DNA of 63,194 nucleotides, the filler included, from Rhabdomonas costata (lineage: Eukaryota): NCBI GenBank assembly GCA_019059605.1. It is 55 parts of 55 records of this genome, joined end to end, with 100 filler letters (N's around TTAATTAATTAA, not from the genome) between each part and the next. Parts side by side here need not be neighbours in the genome. Positions count along the whole stretch, not along the records: positions 34,534 to 35,584 come from JAHMHO010031324.1; positions 35,685 to 36,735 come from JAHMHO010031325.1; positions 36,836 to 37,880 come from JAHMHO010031326.1; positions 37,981 to 39,031 come from JAHMHO010031327.1; positions 39,132 to 40,182 come from JAHMHO010031328.1; positions 40,283 to 41,333 come from JAHMHO010031329.1; positions 41,434 to 42,484 come from JAHMHO010031330.1; positions 42,585 to 43,634 come from JAHMHO010031331.1; 47 more parts are not named here. One strand, 5' to 3'. This document shows, piece by piece, positions 35,454 to 48,580 of this stretch (its first letter is position 1; every line of letters begins with the position of its first letter). The notes below the pieces were generated by a model, which saw only the letters and a program-made list of their open reading frames with translations, had not been told where the DNA came from and did not search any database. The translations under genes and the position numbers were made by a program.

Positions 35454-36846
35454 CTGCAAAAATGAAACATTGCAGAAAAATTTGAATTTGTGCACTGTTT
35501 CGTTCTGGATTAAAACAACAAAGAATACCCTCTGCAGAAGGGACAAGCTTCGCGGTTGGGCTTGAACTCCGTCGCTCCCTCACANNNNNNNNNNNNNNNN
35601 NNNNNNNNNNNNNNNNNNNNNNNNNNNNTTAATTAATTAANNNNNNNNNNNNNNNNNNNNNNNNNNNNNNNNNNNNNNNNNNNNGGGTTGTGTGGCGAAA
35701 AGATGAAGAAGGCGTGGTCTGGGAGAGAGCAGAAGGGCCTAAAGCAGCGTAAGCGGATGATGAGTGTGGCGCAGTGGCGCATGCTCCCATCGAAGTCCTC
35801 GAAAACAAACTTGCAACCCTCCCCTCCACTTGAGTCTTGAGGGTGACTGACGTAAACAAAATCATCAGATCCGTATCCAATCACTAGATGGAGTGCTTTT
35901 TGCACAGCAGTGCTTCACAAGAATTTTATCCTTGAATGTCGAAAGGATGGCTGTGTTCAATTCTTAATTCGGTTGGACTTGTGCGCGTGTACTTGGAGAC
36001 CCGACACTGGGGACCCCAAAAGGAATGAAAAACAAACCCCCGAAAAATAATTCATAAACGAAAATAATAGTTCATAAATCAGCCCCCATCTGAGGATTGA
36101 CAGGCGTCACAATAAACACAGGTGAATGCCCACTCCGCGTCACCCCCAACCTCTCGCTGACCTCAGGTAAACACGCATGCAAATAAGTGAATGGGAAATT
36201 GTGCAAAGTGTAAGTTAAAATGTGCAACTGAAGGAAGCCGAAGGAATGATCCATAGACTATCCGTCATTTAGATCACAGCCTTCTCCTGCTTCATTTCAA
36301 CCCCCCCCAGGCACACATGCGCAATATAAATTTTCAATTCCGTTTAGCCCCTCTCGGACTGTTGCGTTGAAGTACACCTAACGTTTATTACCGATGACGT
36401 ATTCCTCTATATCCTTTTTTTGTTTTAGGGCCTTCCGCCTTTTAGGTGGCAGAGGGACTTTAGGGTGGTGAGTGGTGAGGACTATCATTGCTTATATTCT
36501 TTTGAAAAGCATATTTGAATCTATTTTTTCTAAATTCTCTCAGTCTCTCGCCATCGGGGTGCTGCTGTATCCTCAGCTTCGTTTTTTTGCCCAGAAACGA
36601 TGTTTATTTTCCGTGACCGATACCATGCTGCCTTCATAAAAGAAATCAAATCACTCTGTTGATCGCTTTAATTTCAACTTGAACTGAATTCCTGCTCACA
36701 GCGGAAAATAAACATCGTTTCTGGGCACAAAAACCNNNNNNNNNNNNNNNNNNNNNNNNNNNNNNNNNNNNNNNNNNNNTTAATTAATTAANNNNNNNNN
36801 NNNNNNNNNNNNNNNNNNNNNNNNNNNNNNNNNNNGGGTGTGGGGT

Positions 36847-37854
36847 GGAAGAAGGAAGCGGCGCGGTTAGGATCGTGGTTATGCCCCTCGGCTACGGTCG
36901 GCGGGTCGGGCGAAGGCCACAGCTCAGAAGAGGCCGCCACCAATGGGTTCCGGCCTGGCGCACAAAGCGAGGGGGAATGGAAGTAAGTGTGTCTGGGTAT
37001 TGGGGGTCTTTCAGCAGCACCCTGTCCTCCTCTGCGGGCCTCGGCACGAAATGTAAGGGGCTAGGACCTCCTTGCCAAGGCTCAAATCCACACCCTATTC
37101 GCTGGGTGACTTCCGAACATGGGCCCCCCGGGGACCGGAGCCGGAGCCGGGCCGGAGGCTCTGGCACGGTTGTCGCAACTTGAGTAAAACTCGCCGATTG
37201 GGACCCATCCTCGGTGAGATGGTAGCACTCCTGAGTTGAGTACTGTCAGCTTCGCAGCCACTGGCTGCATCTCCACGCCAATCGTAGCACCTTAAAGGGT
37301 CCATTTTGGACCCTCCTAAGGCCTTTTCGACTTAGGGCCTGCATACTGAGCCTATGCTTTCGGTCAAACCGGCTTAGTTAGCTACGGTAAAGATATACGT
37401 CTTTCTGGCGTCTGGCAGAATGATTTGGTTTGTAGGTGCCGATGCTTGTAGGTTCAGGCCATTTAAGGCCCAATATTGGGCTAGCTGGCAGGCAAAAGAA
37501 GACTTTAAATTAGTTAGCACCCCAGCGCCCCGAGTGAGTCCGCATCTGACTTGTATGTGTGTATTCAAATACTTTCCTCTCTTACACAACCTTTCGGCCG
37601 CAAACATTATCATATCGCTGGGTCACAATCATAACCCCTTCGCGGCCCGGAAGTGCCGTTTACCCCAAACAAAAGTACAGACCTGAGAGCCGCGGGGAAC
37701 CCGACAGCAGGACCAGGGAGCTTCCGGTGTAGACGCTAGGGAAGAAGGAAGCGGCGCGGTTAGGATCGTGGTTATGCCCCTCGGCTACGGTCGGCGGGTC
37801 GGGCGAAGGCCACAGCTCAGAAGAGGCCGCCACCAATGGGTTCCGGCCTGGCGC
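36847..37854. repeat. 115-bp exact direct repeats 893 bp apart (tandem unit or LTR-like element)
   Basis: 36847-36961 is identical to 37740-37854; both copies are truncated by contig-end artefacts. Confidence 0.9.
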
Positions 37855-38506
37855 GTAGCCGAGGGGCATAACCACCACCCNNNNNNNNNNNNNNNNNNNN
37901 NNNNNNNNNNNNNNNNNNNNNNNNTTAATTAATTAANNNNNNNNNNNNNNNNNNNNNNNNNNNNNNNNNNNNNNNNNNNNTGTGGGGGGGGTGGGTGGTG
38001 TATGTATGTCATTTCGGTATCTGTGCTTCTGTGTGTTGAGTTCTCGTGCCTGGGTGATCTGTGGTATTGGTTTGCTAATTTGTGCTTCCGGGAGTTCCGC
38101 AGTGATGTCTCCCTTCTTGTCTTCTTTGGGATCATTGTGAGGGGAAATGGAGACCGCGTTGGTGGGTTCCTCACTTTGCTCGTTTGCGTTTGCGGTTGCC
38201 GTTTTTTTAAAGCTCGCAGTGACCAAGGGCAGGGGTGCAACGATCCAAAGCGAGCTCTCAAAAAAGAAGCCCCCGTTACAAAAAGGTTTTGGTTTTTTGA
38301 ATGTACAGCAGGCGTCCCGAAACGCTGCGTGGCCAGCACCTGAGGTCAAGGTTTCTTAACCTTTGGGCCTCGGCCGGTTGTAATGCCTTGGCGGCTCTTT
38401 TCGCATCCCTTTTGGGTCGCTCCTTCCCCCACACAGCCAAAGGGTTACAGCGCCCAAGAGACCAGCGTCACAGTCCCCCGAAAGCTTCACACCAACGATA
38501 TAAAAC

Positions 38507-38966
38507 CTTCAGGCAGGAGCAGAAAGGATGCATCTCTCCGTTCTCCAGTCACCTGGAGGAAGAAAAGAACCATGTCCCAACTGACAAACTCCACATAGAT
38601 ACAGCAGTCATGGTGACTCTCGAACAGCAAAAGCATCTCGCCTTGGAATCGCGGCGCCACAGATGGACCAAGATATACACGATGTACAGCTGCATCGGGG
38701 GCAGAGAATCACAGGGAAAAAGCGATGCCCTCAGATGCTCGCCTGACAACAGATATGAGAACATGCTCGTTTAAACGCCGGGAGAAAACCAAGACTATAA
38801 CCCCTCACTGGGCGCCACTGCCCGAGCGCACGAGCCACTCGTGTGCCGCGTAGTTGAGCAGTGTGGGCTTGTGGGTGGGCACCCAGTGGTCAGACTTCAT
38901 CGCCTTCACTCCGCACATGGGGTCCTGGGCGAGGTCCTGCAGCCACTTATCGGAATGGAACATGAT
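38507..38966 (-). CDS. Three exons (38966-38832, 38689-38642, 38552-38507); possibly the C-terminus of a DUF218/ElyC-like protein
   Basis: ...DHWVPTHKPTLLNYAAHEWL|LYIVYILVHLWRRDSK|VTGERRDASFLLLPE, similar to w.P......alHE.lg...Y. The second intron is GC-AG. Confidence 0.5.
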
Positions 38967-39131
38967 CTGCATCATCCCCCAAAAACACACACACACACAG
39001 ACAGACACCACAAAGCACACACACAAACACANNNNNNNNNNNNNNNNNNNNNNNNNNNNNNNNNNNNNNNNNNNNTTAATTAATTAANNNNNNNNNNNNN
39101 NNNNNNNNNNNNNNNNNNNNNNNNNNNNNNN

Positions 39132-40182
39132 TCGTGTGGCCGCCGGGCTCGCCCCGGCGATCTCGGCCTGCAGAATGGCCCTTAACTCTCGCGGGGAGTA
39201 CGGCTCCCACACCACCACCACAAACCGGCTCAGCAGCGACACGGAGTGCCGGAACCGCTTCCCCGCGTACGCCCCCGCGGAGGGGTTCTGCGCGGCGAAG
39301 AGGCGGAAGTTGGGGTGCCGAGGGATCCGCAGAATGCCGTCGGAGCCCACGAGATACCCGCCCTCGGCAAAGTTCCCAGGGATCTCCAGCACCCCCGTGT
39401 CCATGGCGAGCTCCAAGCACTGCAGCACGGGGTCGGGCACTGCGAGAGAAGAAACGCGATACTAGTTTGAAAACAGAGAATCCTGTGGAAAGACGGAAGA
39501 GAGAAAAATCGAAATTAGTACCCAGATTGAATTCGTCGAGGAAAATCCAGCAGCCGTGCAGGAAGGCAAAGGCGAAGCTTCCCAGGGTGAACACAAAGCG
39601 GGGCTCCCCGTCCTCGGAGGAGACCAGCTCCAGCCGCCCCAGGAAGTCATCATTGGTGAGGCTTGAGGACATTAGAAACCGCTGCAAGGGGGCTCCGAGC
39701 ACTGCCGCGCAGAAGTTCACCAGAGCGGACTTCCCCACTCCTGCACAGCAAGGAAACCACATCCTTTGGAGAGTACACTTCGGAAAGAAATGGGTCTCAA
39801 ATACGGTACAAAGACCACATAGGGACAACAACGACTGGGCACGTTTCCGGATTTCCCAAAAGAAATCACGAAATGTGCATCAGTCCTGTGCCATCAGTCC
39901 TTTCGCTCTTCCCCTCTCAGTTAGAGAGTGAAGGATGAAAGCAAAAGCGGCAGCAGAACCAGCAAAAAACCACAGACAAGCAAACACTACAAAGAAGAGC
40001 AGACACGCAATCTCGCAGAGGGCCTGTCTCGCTAATGATCAGCACAGGGCGGTTGTCCTTGCAGGCCTGCAGTAGGATCTCCACGTGGCGCCACGTGCCT
40101 GGGGTGGAGGGGCTGAGCACAACCCTGAGCCCCTTCGGGACCAGCGCCGAGGTGTCCTCGCGGTACAGGTACCACACCCCCC
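39132..40182 (-). CDS. Midasin/Rea1-like (dynein-related/MoxR) AAA+ ATPase module; exons 40182-40024, 39740-39522, 39439-39132
   Basis: Walker A RPVLIISETG|VGKS, Walker B GCWIFLDEFNL, then HPNFRLFAAQNP and SLLSRF. Confidence 0.88.
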
Positions 40183-43100
40183 NNNNNNNNNNNNNNNNNN
40201 NNNNNNNNNNNNNNNNNNNNNNNNNNTTAATTAATTAANNNNNNNNNNNNNNNNNNNNNNNNNNNNNNNNNNNNNNNNNNNNGTGGGGTTGTCACAGGTG
40301 GAATTCCTCCTATCAAACTTCCACCTGTGACTTCCACTCCTCCCAGCTGCAGCGGCGGTTTCTCCCTGCGAAAATTGCGGGCAGGGGACGAGACGCGCCA
40401 GTCGACGCAACATGCATTCACAGTTTGAACCCGTCCCACCATCACCACCCTGACGCCGTGCTGCTCTAGTGTGTGCTGCTAGTGCTGCTCTAGAAAAAGC
40501 AGAAGCACAGGAAGTTGACGCCCTGCGCAGAGGCAGGTCTGGACTTCATACCGGTTGAAGGCGAGTGCTGCCAAAGAGTCGCTGAGTCGCTGGGTGCTTT
40601 GGACTCTCTTCTTGGACCTTGGAGCGCGGTGGGAGGGCTGTAGGAGACGGTGGGACAGTGAGCGTCGAGCTGGTCCACGGGTGAGTACAACATCGTGTGT
40701 TTCAATGAGCTGCGGGCTAGTTGTCAAGCGCCGCGAAGGTTCTCGGAGAGGACCAGCCCTTCGCCTGGCAAAGTCTCTAACCCCCAGGAGTTCTCTCCTT
40801 GTTGTGATATTGTCTGGGTGCCCAGAAGATGCACCTTCTTCACTGTTTCACGTTCTGTGGAGCTCTCTGACCAATGACCATGCAGACCGTACAGCACGCC
40901 CCACCCTTGACTGCAAACACAACGCAAAACAAAAGTGGAAGGGTTGTTCGACCAAAATATTGCATTGCTTCCAAAACAAAATTGCCTCCTCTTGCACATT
41001 AACCTCCGTCCTTGAGCCAGCATGCGGAAAGTTTCTCCTCTTGCCCTTTCGGAGTACTGGTGCCTGCTCGCCTCTTGGTGCAGATGCCAACGGCTGAGCT
41101 GTGGGCAGCTGCACGCTCGCTGGCCTCCCAGGATGAAACCAGCCCGCTCTGTTGCTCTGTTTTCACCTCCACTTTTTTTCCTCTTGCACATTACAACCTC
41201 CTCTTGTGCATTAGGACCTCCTCTTGCACCCCCTAGGACAGGTTTAGCACCAGGGGGTCAGATTAACTTGAACCCCAAGGCGAAGCGCAGGAGGGGAGGG
41301 GGTCGGGGGGGACTCAACCCCCCCCCCCCCCGGNNNNNNNNNNNNNNNNNNNNNNNNNNNNNNNNNNNNNNNNNNNNTTAATTAATTAANNNNNNNNNNN
41401 NNNNNNNNNNNNNNNNNNNNNNNNNNNNNNNNNTGTGGGTGGTAGTAAACGCCGCTATGGCTGGTCCTCATATTTGCGAGCCCCAAATCGGCGGCAACCG
41501 CGGCCCCCTTGTGTTCTGTGCTGTTTTAATCATTATTGAAAAAAAAAACAAATCCGCGAAAATCCGTGCGGACGGGGAAAACCGAGGCAGTTCGCATGAG
41601 CCTCGCCACCTCAAATACGCCAAATCAGATCAGGGCATGGACCTCACCACATAAATTCCACAGAACTCAAAACGCCAGCTCGCAAGGTTGGAATGTCAAA
41701 AATTCTCGTCCTCAAGGGGGCCTTCCCATAATGGGAGCCCACGACTGAGGTGGAACCGCCGCCCCACGACCCGGCGCTGGGACACGTCGGGGACAGTGCA
41801 GCGGAGGCGGGGAAGGAGTAGGGCGGTCACGGCGGCAGCGGACTGGTGGGCTCCACGCTGTAGCTAAACGGCGCCAGCTCAGAGACGTAGTCCAACAGCC
41901 GGGTCTTCAGCTCGGGTGGAAGCGCGGGCTCACGGGCGACGAACTTGCGTACGAGCCTGCGTTGCCAGTGACCTCTTCTACAGCACAGGTTCCTGTCAAT
42001 CTGCAGTAACCCTTTCTGCAAAAACTCTCTCAATTCTATCGAGCAAATGCGTGAACCCCAGGTCCGTGACCAGAAATATTCTCCCACGACGTGCACACCG
42101 ATCACAAAATAGTGTACTTTACGTGAGTTGCTCCAAAAATAAATTGCCTCGTTAAATGGGACACCTGATATCTCTCGTTCCTATGTTCCGGAACCCACAT
42201 CGCCCCTTTTCTCTTTCCCTCCCCACCACCATGTCCTCCGATCCAGAACCTCAGCGGCGGTGCACCGAGGAAGCCCCCCCAAAGTGTGTCCCGGAGCTCT
42301 CTGAACAGGTTCGCCACCTTAGCCAGCGAATGGAAGCTCTGAGCACATATCGGTCACACAAGGCGTCGGGAGGAGGGAGGGGTGATGCGAAAGATGTAAG
42401 GTGACCTGAGACAGTTTTCCCAACAGGGCACAAAGCATCACAGCAACAAAGCCGAGGAGAAACCGGAGTAAGCCACCAAAACCCNNNNNNNNNNNNNNNN
42501 NNNNNNNNNNNNNNNNNNNNNNNNNNNNTTAATTAATTAANNNNNNNNNNNNNNNNNNNNNNNNNNNNNNNNNNNNNNNNNNNNTGTTTGTGGTATTTCC
42601 AACCAAAATGATGTTGCAAATATCACAAATGACATATTAAGCTTTTTCTTACCTCTGTTATGTTGCTTTTTGCCTTGCCCTTGCAGGTTTGCCACCGGCT
42701 CGCCATGGTGCTGACCGACCACGTGGTGATGAAACATATCAGCCATATGATTACCCGGTTCGAGGGCCCAATGGAATCAGAGGGAGGGGGAGAAGAAACA
42801 GAAAACTGATGAATTAACATGACAACGGTTAGGTAAGATAGGCCAGCACTCTCGAAATGTCTTTGTTTTGGTGTAAGGGTTTAGGTATGCTTTTGCACTC
42901 TTTAGGTGCGCGTTTTTGCTTAGCAGCCGAATACCCCTGCTGGCCATGGACTCGCCAACGGCTGGATTATGGCGGGACAAAGTAGACAGCTTTGGTTTTG
43001 GGTCAAATGCCAATCCGCGACGCGGCCAGAGCGGGGGGCCGGAGCGGGAACTTGACCTGTCGGGCCTTTTTAGTGGTGGTTACTCAAACGCGCAAGGCGA

Positions 43101-44535
43101 AAAGAAGACTGCAAAAGGGATGTCGTCAGTCACAAGAAACCTGAACATGACAGCAGCAGGAAAGTGGGTCATAAACAGTTGGTTTCAACGACTTTTTAAA
43201 ATATGCACCCACAGAAAAAAATTGTTACCAGTGGTAACGGCTACCACTCCCCACAACTAAATTCCGAACGAAAATAAGGGCCGAGAATTTCACTAATATC
43301 GCCACCCTTCACCCTTCATTCCATACAACTATTCCCCAACTGAGCCCCATACTTGTGTGGCTTAAGTGCGGGGGAGGCCGTTCTGTTTGAAGCGCACTGC
43401 AGAAAACAAGAAACCTCACAGAGTCCAAACATGTGTGACCTCGGCGGCAGCGAAGGGCATACCTTCAAAAAAAGAACACACAACATACAAGGCAACATCA
43501 AGCAACCGCAAAAAAAAAGAGAGAGAGGTGGAAGTTCCTATATACGCTGCCTCTGCGTCCTCAGAAAAGCAGAGAAAGAGAGGCAGGAATGGAACCGGAC
43601 GGGGACGGAAGAGCAGCCACCTGGAACAGAACTGNNNNNNNNNNNNNNNNNNNNNNNNNNNNNNNNNNNNNNNNNNNNTTAATTAATTAANNNNNNNNNN
43701 NNNNNNNNNNNNNNNNNNNNNNNNNNNNNNNNNNTGTGTTTTGTGCGTTGCTGATGGGTTGGAGTGGAGGAGTGGAGATTTTCGCCAACCTGTCCCGTGC
43801 GCCGTGGAATCAGCAACTAAAATGCGGTGTGTAAGGCACAGAATCGGCGAGGCGGGAATCCTAGCAGACCCGAGACCTTCGCCATCACAGTGGTGCCGGA
43901 CGCCTGCCTGTACACGGCTTTCTTTTCTACGGACGCTCCCTCTCGCGCATCAAAGATACGCGTGGATCATATTTTGATGACCCTTTTTCAGAACCTATCA
44001 ATAGGGATGGCAGTGCAACTTCTGACCCGTCACTATTCCAAGAATATCCTTGACCCAGACTGTGCCTTGATGCAGCGGGTACCGCTTGCGTCATGTTTTG
44101 CGCTCCTTCGTCTCCAGATGAACTGAGGTTAGCTTTTTAAGGACTTGCGCGAGTTCCTGAACCGCACCCAGCTGTCACCTCGCTTGAAGAAAGGACCGGG
44201 TGTGCTGCTGATTCCCGGTCAGAGTATAACGATACCTTTCTGATGTTCCGGTCACCCGTCCACACCTTCGCCTCATGACCACCGCAAGTCCGCACAGTCT
44301 TTGATCGTCTTTCGTCGCGAGCTTGTTTGCAGCCGTCACGCTGGGATGAAACACTGCCAAGCGTGAGAATTTTCTTATTTTTGCTCCTTTTTTTACAACA
44401 AGGATATCCACCTTTGAACACTTTCTGCAAAGCCTCGGTGCTGATTGGGCAGCGGGTACCTTTGAAGGAAACGGTAAGGGGGGGCCCGGGTTTTATCTCT
44501 GCTGGAGCCGCTTCGGCGGCTGTGAAAGGACAAAG

Positions 44536-44625
44536 ATGCCCCCGAAGAAGTCTGGCAAGGGTGGTGGCAAGGATACCAAGGATACCGGGAAGGCGGCCAA
44601 GAAGATGATCATTCTGGACACAAAG
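44536..44625 (+). CDS. First exon of an unknown protein (MPPKK-type N-terminus)
   Basis: MPPKKSGKGGGKDTKDTGKAAKKMIILDTK followed by a GTACG donor. Confidence 0.6.
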
Positions 44626-46057
44626 GTACGATGCCCTGGTACAACGGTGGCTTTGCTGTGTATAGGGGTTCGCGATGCCCTTTCTGATTGCAGACAGGGG
44701 CACCTGCAAATTAGTTCCATGCTTGTGGGCGCATTTCAGACTTCTTTTATTCGTCACCACCAGCCTCGAGGTGAACCACAACACCNNNNNNNNNNNNNNN
44801 NNNNNNNNNNNNNNNNNNNNNNNNNNNNNTTAATTAATTAANNNNNNNNNNNNNNNNNNNNNNNNNNNNNNNNNNNNNNNNNNNNGGTTGGTTGTGGCAT
44901 CAAACTCGTTCACCTCGGCCGTCCTCCTCCTCTGCGAGGTCTCACTCAGCGACTCCGCAGCAAAAGTGTCCGTCATTCTGTCAACAATGCTGTGCACGAG
45001 AGGGTCCGCCATCCCACTCTTATTGCTTATCGTAGAAAACAGCGGGCACTGTCCGCATGAAATGGACACATAAGCAAGCGAGTCGAACTTCTTGTTTTTC
45101 AACCACGAAGTGAATGAAAACGAGAAAAATGGCGACTACACTCGTACTGGAAATGGAATGGGAAAACAGGTGATAATATCACAAAATGGTAAATTTCTGT
45201 ATTCTGTGCAGGTTCACGGGACCTGTCTCAACATTATTTGTGGGTTATGAGCGAGTTCACCAAGGGGGTTACAAAGCGTATATGCACCTATTTGGCATTC
45301 CATGGGCAGTTTAGGTCGAAGTCAAGCCTTTGAGTCCTCATAAGGCTTCATAAGCGAGTAAGGAAAGGCCAAGGTGCAGAAATTTTTTAGACTCGACTGA
45401 AGAAACAGTAAGCAACGACTACAGAAACTGTTCAGCGACACAGCACACCAAATCTTAAATTGGAATCCGGGTGGGTATGCGCAAAATACACTGCGGGCGA
45501 GACGGGATCTTTCAATTTTGATCCCTGCAATTTATGCCTGAAAGTTGCACCGACACAATCCCACAACGGTTCCATACGGCGGTGTGCTCCCTGCTTCCAT
45601 TGTCCCTTTCCCATAAGAAAAGGAAAAAAGGAAGTCATCATACCAAAGACAATTAAGACTGGCTCAGCAGGTCAGGCAGCAACCGTCATTGTAAAAATAA
45701 ATGCTCTGCCAAAGCAACAGCGGTGAGCCACTGTGATGCCGCCGTGACCATCGAACGAGCATGCACCCCGCAACTTGCACTGCAACCGAGAAGGCTTTGC
45801 AAGAAGAATACAACAATTACTAACTCTAAGACCACGAGAAGTCACCAACTCCCGTTACCCTGCATTGTCCAGATACTGGTTTTGGTGGCCGAGTACCGTA
45901 CACCCTTTTGATTTCGTGCACAGGGGAACCCCAAAANNNNNNNNNNNNNNNNNNNNNNNNNNNNNNNNNNNNNNNNNNNNTTAATTAATTAANNNNNNNN
46001 NNNNNNNNNNNNNNNNNNNNNNNNNNNNNNNNNNNNGTGGGGGGGGCGAATTCCCAG

Positions 46058-46470
46058 GCTGTGTGCGGGTCGACTCATCGGCAGAGGCTCTGTGGCTGAG
46101 CGTGGACTTCCCGACCACCGAGCTCCCGGAGATGGCCGCGGCCAAGCGGGAGGTGCTGCGGCAGCGGGGACTGCTCCCTTCGGGGGAGATGCTGTTCCCC
46201 CTCTCTTGGCGCTGTATGGTCTGCGCGCCACACAGACACATACCACACACACATATTCATGACGACCTGGCGAAAGTCCGCGAAAGAAAGAAAAGGCCAA
46301 GGAGGGCTCTCCAGAATGTTAATCACAGGGGTGCAAGAACCCATAAACTCATTTTCTTTCTGTCTTGTTTCTCCCTCTCAGTGTCGCGCGCGCACCTTGT
46401 GTGTATTCCAATATCCATTCCAGGGAGAATCACCCCACCCCGAGCTCATCGATATCGGTAGGCTGAACGA
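46058..46470 (+). CDS. Exons resembling the Rubisco-LSMT substrate-binding domain of SET-domain methyltransferases
   Basis: LWLSVDFPTTELPEMAAAKREVLRQRGLLPSGEMLFPLSWRCM | GESPHPELIDIGRL; putative intron 46219-46423. Confidence 0.4.
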
Positions 46471-46807
46471 GCCAGCGTGGCCAGCGTGGGCGCCATCATA
46501 GTTGTCTCATTCGAGGTTGCCTCGGCTTTTAGGAGCCTTGCCCTGAGTTGGGCCTCGAAATATGTGTGTGTGGGAAGTTTTTTTCGTGAGACAAATCTGG
46601 TGAACGAAGTGCCTCGATTCCCGAAACTTGTTCGGTGGCGTTTTTTTTCCTTCGAAAATCACAAAATCCCGCTAGGGTTCAGTGTTTTAGCGAGTAATTT
46701 TCCTCCCTTAGGCTGCAGTCAAAATGTATCCTGATGGTCTGCATTGCCTTCTGTTAGCGCATTTGTTTGTGCTCGGTGTGCCGCTTTCCGTGGATGCCCC
46801 GTTCCGC

Positions 46808-46834
46808 CACACACACACACACACACACACACAC
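46808..46834. repeat. (CA)n microsatellite
   Basis: About 13 units. Confidence 0.9.
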
Positions 46835-48413
46835 TGGTATCTGGGGTAGGGAAAGAGCACAATGCTGGGCCAGCATGAATGCGTGATGTGGTTGATATCG
46901 TGCATCGGAAAACCGAGCGAAAAGTGCGGCGTGCGTTGGGCTCGCGCGGGGCGGTGTTCCAGATCTGCTCCTGAACTGGAACCACCACCACCACCACCAC
47001 CCACTCGCGCAAAAAAGAGAGGGTGCGTTGACAGCTCACAGGACATACAGCTTGCTCACGTGCGCGCACGCACTCGCACACCCACACNNNNNNNNNNNNN
47101 NNNNNNNNNNNNNNNNNNNNNNNNNNNNNNNTTAATTAATTAANNNNNNNNNNNNNNNNNNNNNNNNNNNNNNNNNNNNNNNNNNNNGGTTTTGTGTCAT
47201 TGTGGAGAAGTGGGCTTTTGCTGGTTCTCGTGTGAATTGCTGGTCGGCTGCGAATGCTCAATGGCGCGGTCGGCGAGTGAGGTTGAGGGTGGGGCTTTTT
47301 GCGTGCAATGAAAGCCCGTCCGCCCCCGCTGGCAGAACCTTTGCCGCTGGCTGTCACAATTGCCGCACGTCACCGCCACTGCTCCCTGAGCCTTTCCCCT
47401 TCCTGGTTCTTTCTGGTTTTTTCTTTTCTCTCCGCGCCGGTTCAGCTGTGCACGTTCAACAACAGAACACTGGCATCCCAAACGATGCATTCGTCATCCA
47501 CAAACCGGCCCTTAGCAAGAAGCTCTTTTTTCGGGCTTTCTTTGGTGGGGTCCTGGGTCTTGTTCTTGCTCAGCTGATGCCTGTGTGTGTGTCCACGTGT
47601 GTCCTGCGTTTTCCGCTGCCACCGTATTGTTTTCTTTCTCTGCACCATTGCTTCTCTTTTCCTCCTGTCCACTGCAACGGTGTTCTTTCGAGAAGTTCGT
47701 TCATTTGAGAAAAATAGTGACGAAGGGAGGGCAGGTGTGTCTCAACATGGAGACGGTAGCGAGAGTCGGAGTCTGGGGGTGGTGAGTTGCAACCTGTAGT
47801 CCGCTCGCTCCAGACACCCCATGCTTTTACGTGCAACTCGTCTCATCTCCCGTCCCCAAATACGTCCCCTGCCCATCACATCCCCTTGTAGTGGTCTCAA
47901 TTCATCCACACGTCTTCTTCCCCAGCGTTTTTTTTTTGGGGGGGGGGGGTGTTTGACGATGAAGCCAATCCATTTGCCCGTGCATGTCCTGAAGCAATCC
48001 CCTCCCATCTGGGGCACAATCCCCAGCACAGACTCCAGGGCCTTTCCCTGGAGTCTGGACACTCTTGCCATGCGGAGCCCTCCCCACGCCACCGCCTCCT
48101 CGGAGCCCCTGTGCGGCGAGGCCGCCTCGCTGACTGCCTTTGCCCGGCACTGGGCCCTCGCCAGCCTGGGTCCTGGCTTAAGCTCCTCCCCTGCCCATCC
48201 CAGGGCGACTGCCATCCCCGCGAAGGGCCTCCGTCACCNNNNNNNNNNNNNNNNNNNNNNNNNNNNNNNNNNNNNNNNNNNNTTAATTAATTAANNNNNN
48301 NNNNNNNNNNNNNNNNNNNNNNNNNNNNNNNNNNNNNNGGGGGGGTGTGGAATATTTGGGGACCTTAACGTGTGATGTTAACCCTTTCATGATTTGGGCA
48401 GCTGATACAGTAT

Positions 48414-48580
48414 GACCGGTTGGTGTTGTGGCAGAAAAGTAGAATTTCAGAAGCAGCTGTGTCCGACCCATTTTGTCTCTTGCATTGGCAGAAAGCCCTC
48501 TGAAGACCAATGCAATACCAGGCGAATATATATGCTTCTGAAATTCTACTTTTCTGCCACTTTTTTTTCGACCAACGGTT
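48414..48580. repeat. Nested inverted-repeat (fold-back, MITE-like) element
   Basis: Perfect 28-bp arms at 48428-48455 and 48533-48560, an inner TTGCATTGG/CCAATGCAA stem, and an outer imperfect ACCGgTTGGT/ACCAACGGT stem. Confidence 0.85.

Noticed and set aside
37660-37690. Minus-strand CAGGTCTGTACTTTTGTTTG resembling the euglenozoan spliced-leader 3' half, within a periodic unit
   Set aside because: The AT-rich SL 5' half is missing, GT does not immediately follow, and it is not conserved in the 29-kb relative.
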